NCBI GenBank assembly: GCA_043727675.1
Contig: JAYSYJ010000281.1
Span: forward strand, 2,665-66,664
DNA from: Fimbriiglobus sp.
GTDB lineage: Bacteria > Planctomycetota > Planctomycetia > Gemmatales > Gemmataceae
DNA length: 64,000 nucleotides
Direction: 5' to 3'
Shown one piece after another: positions 41,879 to 50,040 of the stretch. A program made the position numbers and the translations under genes. Positions within the stretch are counted from its first letter, which is position 1; every line of letters begins with the position of its first letter. Below the pieces are notes generated by a model, which was not told the DNA's origin, ran no database searches, and saw nothing but the letters and a program-made list of their open reading frames with translations.

Positions 41879-42886
41879 TTAGTTCCGCGGGATGACGATG
41901 GTTTGCAAAGCACCGTCTGTCGGCAGAGTCACGATGGGGGCCGCATCAGTTGGCTGCAACGGTACCGCCGGGTTGAAATTCGAGAGTGGAATCGGCAACG
42001 GTGGCGGCGTCACCATCGGGGTGAAGTGGGTCGGCACCGGCAACACCCATGTCTTCGTTTCGATCATCGAACCATCTCGCCCCGGCTTCGAATACTGCGT
42101 CGGCTCACCGATTCGACTTTGCGGAACCGAGAAACTGGCCGGTTGGGTCGCGTTCCCTTTCGGGATCGCCAAATTGGGCGGGGGAGATCCATTGGCCAAA
42201 CCCGTCGGTTGATTCTGGAACGCTTTGTTCAAGTCGGGGATACCGCGTAGCTCGGTAGGCCCCGTCGGCTGAATCGACACACTCGTCTCGCCAATTTTGT
42301 TCCAGACCTTGGCGTTGGCATCACTGAAATCGAGCGTCATCGAGACATCTTTGGCGAACAGATCCGGGTTCGGCTTGGAGATATATTTCGCCTGCATCCG
42401 CACATTGGTCACGTCTTTCCAACCTGTGGGCCAGGGTAAAAAGATCGCGTAGCAAGTGCCGAAGCGGTCGTCGTTGGTGGCGAGTTTCCGCAGCGCGACT
42501 TTGTCGAAACTCCAGATCTCCGTCATCGCCGACGGCTGACCCGGTGGGCGTTTCGTTTCGTCGAGAGCTTGTACCACCAGATCGCCCGTCACCTCGACGG
42601 ACTCTTTATCCGAACCGATCAAGAAGAGCTGTCCGACGATGCCGGGTGCCAAGACGCCATCCCGGCTCGGATCGGGCAAATGCTGAGGCCGCCGCTGCCA
42701 GAAGCAAATCACTTGGGACGCCGGTTTAGGCGCCTCCAAGTGGAGGACTTGGGCGAATTCCGATTTGGTTTTCTTCAAGCTGGCACAACCGAAACCAGCC
42801 GGGAGGAGCAGTGCAGCCACGAGGGCCAGACCGCTCCCAATCCGTACGGTTCCGAACCGGGCGATCAGCGACCGTAAACGCGCCAT
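41879..42886 (-). CDS. lipoprotein encoded immediately downstream of the secretin (function unknown, Pro-rich C-terminus)
   Basis: The start is set at MARLRSLIARFGTVRIGSGLALVAALLLPAGFGCASL, a lipoprotein signal with Cys. The ATG at 42886 overlaps the secretin 3' end by 22 nt. Confidence 0.6.
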   Translation of the reverse strand: MARLRSLIARFGTVRIGSGLALVAALLLPAGFGCASLKKTKSEFAQVLHLEAPKPASQVICFWQRRPQHLPDPSRDGVLAPGIVGQLFLIGSDKESVEVTGDLVVQALDETKRPPGQPSAMTEIWSFDKVALRKLATNDDRFGTCYAIFLPWPTGWKDVTNVRMQAKYISKPNPDLFAKDVSMTLDFSDANAKVWNKIGETSVSIQPTGPTELRGIPDLNKAFQNQPTGLANGSPPPNLAIPKGNATQPASFSVPQSRIGEPTQYSKPGRDGSMIETKTWVLPVPTHFTPMVTPPPLPIPLSNFNPAVPLQPTDAAPIVTLPTDGALQTIVIPRN

Positions 42887-45800
42887 TCTTTCCCCTCCTT
42901 GGGTTTGCCAAGAGTCGGCCCTGTGGTCGAAGGCGTCATGCCCCCGGCCGGTGTTTTGCCAAACGACCACCCGTTACCCGCTTGGGCCGGACTGTTCCAC
43001 GATTGCGGCTGCACACCCGAATTCGGGTCGGTGCCGATCTGCGGAACAGTTGGCACGTCGGTCTGATTCGGCCCGGCAAACCCAGGTCGAGGCGTCGGCA
43101 GATTGTTGCTGACCGGCGGTGGCCCCTGAATCGGGAACTGGGCCGGTGGCGGGCCGGCCATCGGCTGACCCGGTTGCGGGTTATAAACCGACGGCGTTCC
43201 GCTGAGGCCCGTCGTCACTTGCCCCGTGGGCGAGAACGGCAGGTTCATCAAGCTCGGGGGTACTTCGCCCGGTTGCCCTTCCGGAGGGCAGTACGGCGTC
43301 TGCGGTAAGAGAGCATTGTGATAGCGACCACTGAGCACATCGCTGCCGTGGCCGTGAATTTTGTCGACCTGTTTCAGATCCCAACTCATGTTCTTCGCCG
43401 CTTCCGACACGACGCGGGCCATGTCGGCTTCGCTACGAATGATGTGCGGCGTCATGATGAAAATCAATTCGCGCCGTTCGCTCTGCTGGGTGCGGTAGCG
43501 GAAGGCCGCCCCGACCCACGGGAGGTCGCCGAACCACGGGATCTTATTCTCGAGTTTGACGTCCGACTTGCGGATCAGTCCACCGAGTACCACGGTTTCC
43601 CCGCTGCTGGCCTGCACTGTCGTTTCCACCGTTTGCGTGTCGATCGGAGTCGCCGTCACACCGTTGCCGAGCGAAATGTTCGACGCGGATGGCGACGAGA
43701 TCTGCGGCTCCACCCGCATCAGAACCCGACCTTCTGGGCTGATGCGCGGTGTGATTCGCAGCACGACCCCCGTGCTGATGTACTCGACGTTCTGCGTCAC
43801 CAACCCGGTACCTGTGACGGTACTCCCCGTGATCCGCGGGAACTGCTGACCCACTTGGAAGAAACCGGTCTGATTGTCGGTCAGGGTCAGTTGCGGCTCG
43901 CTGAGCACGTCAACGCGGCCCTGGGCCTTGAGCGCCCGGATCAGCAAGCTGAACGTGTCGCTGGCGGCCGATAACACGAAGCCACCCGCCCCGACGCCTG
44001 TGGTACTAATGCGGCCGACGCCCAAGTTGCCCAGCCCTTGGAACGCCACGGCGCCTTGGTTCGTCAAGTTGGCATTCGGCAGCGGAGCCGTCGAATTGAA
44101 GTTGAACCCCGGTGTCCCCGGTGCCGTAGCCACCGAACCACGGGCGAACAAGATCGGGCTTTGCAGACCGACTTCGATGCCCATTTCCTCGGTGTTGTTC
44201 AGCCTCACTTCGGCGATCATGATCTGCACAAACACCTGCGGTGGTGCGGCGTCGATCTTGCGGATCAATTCCACAATTTGTGCGAAGAACTGCGGCGACG
44301 CGCTCACGAGGATCGTGTTTGTGACCGGTTCTGCCGTCACCACGAATTGCCGTTGCAACGTTTGGAACGTCGCCGCCGTGGTGTTGAACTGGGCCGTGTT
44401 GAGCTGCTGCGTCGTCGTGGTGAGGAACGTGTTGATCACCGCCGCCACATCCGCCGACGCGGCGTTGCTGAGCTTGTAGACTTCGGTGCGCTGCTGCGGA
44501 ATTTCGGCATCCTCGAGCCGCGTGACCACGGCGCGGATCGTATCGAGGTCGTTTTGGCTACCCGACACGATGAGCGTGTTGGTTCGGGGATCGGCGACCA
44601 ACCGCAGGTTGATCAGCGTCGCCCCGTCCGACGGATTCCCGGTGAGGGTGAGCAATGGCCGGGTCGTCCCTTGCGTTTGCGTCACGCCCCCTTGGTTCAA
44701 GCCGCCGCCCCCGGTCTGCTGCGAGCTGAACAGATTCGTCAACAGGGTTTGCGTCAACGTCGCGTCGGCGCGCTTCAACTGGAAAACGTTGATGAACGAT
44801 TTTGCCGCCGAGGTGCTGTCCAGTTCGGTGATGAGCGTTTCCAGAAGCCGCATCGTCGTGGCCGGAGCTGTGACGAGGATGGCGTTGAGACGCGTATCGG
44901 GGAACAAATGGACGTCTTCGAGTTGCCCTGTTTCGAGGTTGTTGAACCGCAGGGATACCGTCTTCGAGCTCAAGCCGGTCGAATTGTTGCCGGTGCCCGT
45001 CAACGTGTTGAGGGCCGCGGGGCGATTCTGCTGTTGTGCCAACCCGCCTTGGGCACCGGTGCCTTGGCCGAGGTTCTGCTGTTGGCCCCCGGCTCCGCCC
45101 GCACCGGTCCCGGTCGGTGCGAGACCGGCACTGGCTGAGAGTTGCGGATTCAGGGCGTTCGATGTCAGCACTTGAACGAGGAGCTGGGACACTTCTTCCG
45201 GTAAGGCATTCCTCAACTTGATGAGTTTGACTTCGGAAATCGCTTTAGACGTGTTGGTGTCGAATTTGCCGATGAGGTCGGCGATGTCGTTTTGATCCGC
45301 CGGGCTGGCCTGGACGAACACCGTGTTGGTGGCGACGTCGTAGGTCACGCGGATTTGGTTCTGGGCCAGCGCTTCGCCGGGGTAGCGCTGGTTGAAGAAG
45401 TTCGTGATCTGGGTGGCCACCGTGCTCGCGGTCGCCCGTTTCAACTGGTACGGCACCGGCTTCATCTGCGGGCTGTTGGGCACATCGAGCCGTTTGATCT
45501 CCTTCTTTACGTCGTCCAAACGGGATTCGGGTACGCCGACCAAAATCGCGTTGGAGCGTGGCAGCGGGAAGAGCAAGATCGACCCGATCGTCTGGCGGTT
45601 CGCTTGGTTTTGCTGGCCACCACCTTGGAAGCCGACCCCGCCGAAACCGAGGTTGGTCGCGGCTTGGGGGAACGACGTCCCCGACGTACCGAGTTGCAAC
45701 TTCGAGTAAATCTGCGTCAGTTCAAAGACGATCTGGGTCGCGTCACCGTATTCCAGTGGCACCACCGTCAAATTGATGGCGGCCGATTTCTTGGTGATCT

Positions 45801-48800
45801 CTTCGATGGATGCGATCAGCGCTTTGATGGCGTCCACTTCCGCCCGGTTCTTACCGCGAACGATCACGATGCCGAGTTCTGGCAGCGGGATGATTTGGAC
45901 ATCCGAACTCGGCGAGAGGAATGGCACGCCGGGCGCAGGCAACGCGGCTGGCTTCGTGGTGCCACCGGGCTGCGGAACGCCGGGTTGAGGCAACGGCGTC
46001 TGCCGTTGCATCGCGTTGGTGTAAGCCTGATAAAGAGCCGGACTTTCGTTGGCACTGGTGTGGCTCGATTGTTCAAGCTCGGGGTCGAAGAAGATGCTGG
46101 GGGCCGAAGGGACATCCATGTCCCCGTAGCTAAAAGAATCGCGGCCCCCCTGGGAACTCACTTGATTCCCCCCTCCGCCACCGAATCGACCGCCGCCGCC
46201 TCCCCCTCCGCCACCACCTCCCGGGCGACCACCGAAGTTTCCACCGCCGAAGCCACCTTGGCCGCCGCCGAAGTTTCCAAATCCACCCTGGCCACCGTTG
46301 AAGCCACCTCGATTTTGCTGATTCGGTTGAACGGGAGGGCGACCGGCGAGTGCATTGATCGTCTGCTCGATTTGCGTCGGGGTGACACCGCCTTTGAGTT
46401 GCACGACATCGACCACAATCCCGCTATCTTTCGCAGCCAAGTCGAGTTCTTCGACGAGCTTCTTGATTTCGAGGTAGTCAGTTTCGACGCAGTTCAGCAC
46501 CACCTTGTTCGTGGCGTCGTCGTAATCGATGGCCAAGGCAACGTTGGTGGGTGCCGGGGCCGCTTGCGGGGCGAACGGGTTGAACGGGTTGCCACCTTGT
46601 TGCCGGACGGCATTGCGACCCGTCTTGTTGGCGTAGACGTTGCGAATCGTCGGCACCAAACTCGACGCCTTCGTGTTGATCACCGGGATCGTCCAAGCTT
46701 TGGCGACTCCCCCCTCCGGCGGGGTGTTATCGTCGATGGCGTTCTTCAGCAGGTACTTGATCATCAGCATGTCGAGTTGCGACGCTTTGATGACCACCAG
46801 TGAGTTGCTGTTCTTTTCGCCGAGTACGCGAACACGGCCCGCTTTCGGATCGGTCGGCGTCCCGGCGCCCGATCCACCGAGTCCTAACAAAGCCAGCGGG
46901 TTTAAGGCGGCCAGTCCACCTCCCCGGCCCCCTTGCGGGGCTGCACCGGCAGCGGCCGGGCCGTTGAATGCTTCGTTGATGAACTTCGCCGCCTCTTCCG
47001 CCGCGACGTACTTCAACCGCAGAATCGTGAATTGCTCTTCGCCGACCGCGCTCGGATTCAAATAGAGCCGGAGCAGTTCGTAGGCGATGGCGACCGCTTT
47101 TTCGTCTTTGCCACTGATGAAGATTTTGTTCCCGACCACCGTGAGGATGACCGGATCTTCCGCAGGCTTTTGCGGATCGACAAGCTGTGAGGAAATCAGT
47201 TGCGTCCGGCCGACCGGGTCGGCGTTCAACTGGCTGCTTCCGGGCACCCCCACTTTGGGCGCCGGTGCCGGCGGCTTCGGATCGGGCTTCTTCTCTTGAC
47301 CGGGGATTATCAACTGGGCCGGCCGGCCCATTTGGTTCATCATTCGGACGATTTCTTCGGCGAGGGCACCCGCGTTAGCTTTATCGATGGTCAACGAGCG
47401 GAAGTTGCCGGTCTGACCCGCAGCCCCTTTGGCACCGGCGTTGATGAATTCCTTCGCGTTGGCAATCGCTTCGGGGGAACCCCGCACGAGTACCGACGGT
47501 TCGCCGTCCGTTTTGGCTTCGACATACAACCCCGTGCTGCCGAAGACGGTCTTCAAACTCTCGGCCATCTTGACCGGATCGGACGTGCCGACCGGGATGA
47601 TCTCCACCGCGACCGGAGGCGCTTTGGGAACCTTCAAGAACGGCTGAATGTCGATGTGGTCGGCCGGGTAGCCGTAGATGGTGACTTTGTCGTTGCCGAC
47701 GGCGAACGCTTGGACGTTGCTCCCTTTGAAGTCGGTCGATGCCATGAGTTGCTTGGCGAGCGGCTCGGCCATCCCGGCGGGCACTTCGTAGGTCTTTTGA
47801 ACTGCCTCGCCGCCCACGAGGCGGGTGATTTCGCCTTTGTCGATGTCCTTCACCAAATTGTTGGCGACGGTCACTTTGTTGGCCGGGCCGGTGAGGATGA
47901 TCGTGTTGTTTTGGTAATCGACGGTGATTTGCACCGTAGCGAAGCGCTTTTCTTGAACCGGCTGCCGGTTGGCACGCGGGTCTTGCATCTGCGGTTGACC
48001 GAACCCGGCTCCACCGAAGCCGCCGCCACCCCCGCCGAAGCCACCGCCTCCGTTGAAGCCGCCAAACGGGTTACCGGGGATGTTCGATTCGATCTTGGTT
48101 TTTTCGTCGGCCAACAGCGTGCGCAACCGGTCGGCGACCGTGGTGGCACGCACGTGCTTGCACTGGTAAGTCATCTGATCGGACTTATCGCCCTCCAACT
48201 CCAAGACGTGCTTGTAGATGGTTTTGATGTTCTTGGCTTTGTCACGGATGATGAGCTGGTTCGTGCCGAAGGCGCTCACGGCTCCGAAAGCGCTCAACTG
48301 TTGCTTGGCCTGCGGGACGACATCTTCGGCGACCACGGTTTTGAGGGGGATCACCACTTGCACGACTTCCGTGTTCCCGCGCGTCGCGAGTTCTTCGAGC
48401 GTGACCTGCTGGAGCAAGTTCGGATCGATCTTTTCGGAAGCGGGGTGAATCAGGAACGATTGTTCCCGGCGGATGATCACCCAGTTTTTTTGAGCCAACG
48501 CTTCGTTGATAAGATCCAGAACTTCGGCGAGCGTGTATTTCTTGTCCGACTTCAGGGTCAACGTACCCGTGACCTTCTCGGTGCTGATGAAAATCAGCCC
48601 GCTTTCTTTCGAGAACCAATCGAGTACCGAGCTCCACGGCGTCTGGTCGAACGCAACGGTGTACGTCTTCTCGACTTTCGCCGGAGTCGCGGTGCCGGTC
48701 ATCGGCGGCTTGGGTGGATCCATCGGAGCCGGTTTGACTTGGCCGACGGCCGGGCCGGTAATGCCCACCGCGAGTACGGCGGGCAGCCAACGACGAAGCG

Positions 48801-48849
48801 TCCGCCAGGATGGTACCGTTTGACGGGACTCTGTCCGTTGCGAATTCAT
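42865..48849 (-). CDS. giant secretin (type II/III secretion system secretin family), about 1994 aa
   Basis: The C-terminal secretin domain reads VVLGGLIRKSDVKLENKIPWFGDLPWVGAAFRYRTQQSERRELIFIMTPHIIRS. At least 12 secretin-N (NolW-like) repeats are recognisable by paired motifs such as FQLKRADATLTQTLLTNLF...NAILVTAPATTMRLLETLITELD. The protein also has Gly/Phe-rich tracts and a Pro-rich tail. The start is set at MNSQRTESRQ (ATG 48849). Confidence 0.9.
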   Translation of the reverse strand: MNSQRTESRQTVPSWRTLRRWLPAVLAVGITGPAVGQVKPAPMDPPKPPMTGTATPAKVEKTYTVAFDQTPWSSVLDWFSKESGLIFISTEKVTGTLTLKSDKKYTLAEVLDLINEALAQKNWVIIRREQSFLIHPASEKIDPNLLQQVTLEELATRGNTEVVQVVIPLKTVVAEDVVPQAKQQLSAFGAVSAFGTNQLIIRDKAKNIKTIYKHVLELEGDKSDQMTYQCKHVRATTVADRLRTLLADEKTKIESNIPGNPFGGFNGGGGFGGGGGGFGGAGFGQPQMQDPRANRQPVQEKRFATVQITVDYQNNTIILTGPANKVTVANNLVKDIDKGEITRLVGGEAVQKTYEVPAGMAEPLAKQLMASTDFKGSNVQAFAVGNDKVTIYGYPADHIDIQPFLKVPKAPPVAVEIIPVGTSDPVKMAESLKTVFGSTGLYVEAKTDGEPSVLVRGSPEAIANAKEFINAGAKGAAGQTGNFRSLTIDKANAGALAEEIVRMMNQMGRPAQLIIPGQEKKPDPKPPAPAPKVGVPGSSQLNADPVGRTQLISSQLVDPQKPAEDPVILTVVGNKIFISGKDEKAVAIAYELLRLYLNPSAVGEEQFTILRLKYVAAEEAAKFINEAFNGPAAAGAAPQGGRGGGLAALNPLALLGLGGSGAGTPTDPKAGRVRVLGEKNSNSLVVIKASQLDMLMIKYLLKNAIDDNTPPEGGVAKAWTIPVINTKASSLVPTIRNVYANKTGRNAVRQQGGNPFNPFAPQAAPAPTNVALAIDYDDATNKVVLNCVETDYLEIKKLVEELDLAAKDSGIVVDVVQLKGGVTPTQIEQTINALAGRPPVQPNQQNRGGFNGGQGGFGNFGGGQGGFGGGNFGGRPGGGGGGGGGGGRFGGGGGNQVSSQGGRDSFSYGDMDVPSAPSIFFDPELEQSSHTSANESPALYQAYTNAMQRQTPLPQPGVPQPGGTTKPAALPAPGVPFLSPSSDVQIIPLPELGIVIVRGKNRAEVDAIKALIASIEEITKKSAAINLTVVPLEYGDATQIVFELTQIYSKLQLGTSGTSFPQAATNLGFGGVGFQGGGQQNQANRQTIGSILLFPLPRSNAILVGVPESRLDDVKKEIKRLDVPNSPQMKPVPYQLKRATASTVATQITNFFNQRYPGEALAQNQIRVTYDVATNTVFVQASPADQNDIADLIGKFDTNTSKAISEVKLIKLRNALPEEVSQLLVQVLTSNALNPQLSASAGLAPTGTGAGGAGGQQQNLGQGTGAQGGLAQQQNRPAALNTLTGTGNNSTGLSSKTVSLRFNNLETGQLEDVHLFPDTRLNAILVTAPATTMRLLETLITELDSTSAAKSFINVFQLKRADATLTQTLLTNLFSSQQTGGGGLNQGGVTQTQGTTRPLLTLTGNPSDGATLINLRLVADPRTNTLIVSGSQNDLDTIRAVVTRLEDAEIPQQRTEVYKLSNAASADVAAVINTFLTTTTQQLNTAQFNTTAATFQTLQRQFVVTAEPVTNTILVSASPQFFAQIVELIRKIDAAPPQVFVQIMIAEVRLNNTEEMGIEVGLQSPILFARGSVATAPGTPGFNFNSTAPLPNANLTNQGAVAFQGLGNLGVGRISTTGVGAGGFVLSAASDTFSLLIRALKAQGRVDVLSEPQLTLTDNQTGFFQVGQQFPRITGSTVTGTGLVTQNVEYISTGVVLRITPRISPEGRVLMRVEPQISSPSASNISLGNGVTATPIDTQTVETTVQASSGETVVLGGLIRKSDVKLENKIPWFGDLPWVGAAFRYRTQQSERRELIFIMTPHIIRSEADMARVVSEAAKNMSWDLKQVDKIHGHGSDVLSGRYHNALLPQTPYCPPEGQPGEVPPSLMNLPFSPTGQVTTGLSGTPSVYNPQPGQPMAGPPPAQFPIQGPPPVSNNLPTPRPGFAGPNQTDVPTVPQIGTDPNSGVQPQSWNSPAQAGNGWSFGKTPAGGMTPSTTGPTLGKPKEGKEWRVYGR

Positions 48850-48973
48850 ACTGACCCCCCATGTACAGTGCGACGCAAGCTTGTTGGAACGCCCCCGGGC
48901 CAGAATCAACTGGCCCACGTCCCGCTTGTGCCGACCTATTTACGCGCGATTCGACCGGCGAGATACCCATACC

Positions 48974-49858
48974 CTACGCCCGACGCAACTTGGATTGCGG
49001 CTTTACGGAAATTTTTAATCTTTGTTGAAACTGCCCCACTTCGCTGAAATGGTCTTTTTGATTCGGTACGAGGGGCGGAATTATCGGTGGATTGATCATG
49101 GGTGGTAAGTTGGGGAAGTTTCCCCCACCGCCAGCAGCACCACCATCTTGGGGGAACACCGCGTTGCCTGGAGTTGGACCGAGCGGGCGGTCGGCATCGG
49201 GGCGGAGCTTGTCGGCGCGAGCTTCGGTGGTCACGAACAGCACATTGCTCATGCGGATCACCGCCAACCCCGCAACGTCTGAGGTCAAGCGCACCGCGGA
49301 TTCGAGTGGGGCGTCTTCGATTTTTAAAGTGATTTTTTCGTCGGCCCACTTCTTGGCACGCGGGTCGATCACAACATTGGCTCCGGTTTCCTCGGCCAAG
49401 CTTTTCAAGGTTTCGGCAAGCGTTTTTCCGTCCGCGTCGACGTTCACGCGATGTCGCAATTGGCGAATCGTCAGGCCTTCGTCGGTGGAGACGACAATCC
49501 CCGTGGCGGTGATGCCGCAGCGCAAATTCATCGAGGCGAACGCGGTACGCAAGCCGTCTTTCAACTTCACATTTTTAAAGTCGAACGAGATGATCGTTTG
49601 ATTGGGATCGATCCCGAGCATTTGTATGGTGCTCGTATCGAGGACGATGTCGACCTTGGCGACCTCTTTCAACAAGTCGATGGCGTCGTGCAGCGATTTG
49701 GCCTCGGATTTGGCCGTGATGGTTTGTTCGAGTGCCTTGCGAGCTTTCTGCACCGGGGTTTCGGCCGGTTTTGAATCTGAAGGCACCGGCGCGGCCGCGG
49801 CGTGAGAAATGGTCAGACTCAAGATCACGAAGGCCGTTTTCCACAAAAGCTGCAACAT
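48974..49858 (-). CDS. secreted protein upstream of the secretin, two STN/N0-like modules and a Gly/Pro-rich tail
   Basis: The signal peptide is MLQLLWKTAFVILSLTISHAAA. Two similar modules are present (SLHDAIDLLKEVAKVDIVLD...GIVVST and TLAETLKSLAEETGANVVID...VLFVTT), resembling secretin/TonB N-terminal short domains. This is assigned by eye only. Confidence 0.55.
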   Translation of the reverse strand: MLQLLWKTAFVILSLTISHAAAAPVPSDSKPAETPVQKARKALEQTITAKSEAKSLHDAIDLLKEVAKVDIVLDTSTIQMLGIDPNQTIISFDFKNVKLKDGLRTAFASMNLRCGITATGIVVSTDEGLTIRQLRHRVNVDADGKTLAETLKSLAEETGANVVIDPRAKKWADEKITLKIEDAPLESAVRLTSDVAGLAVIRMSNVLFVTTEARADKLRPDADRPLGPTPGNAVFPQDGGAAGGGGNFPNLPPMINPPIIPPLVPNQKDHFSEVGQFQQRLKISVKPQSKLRRA

Positions 49859-50040
49859 GGTATCTCCGAAACAGGTCGAATCTTACAGGATCATTTAACC
49901 GACACGATAACGTGAGTCAATTTTTTTAACCAATCCAAATTACCTCCACAAAAGGTGGGCCTACCCGCGGTTGCCCCTCGCACAAGTGGCCGGCTCTCGG
50001 CATAATATTCCCATCGACCCGCCTTCAGACCGGATTGCCG

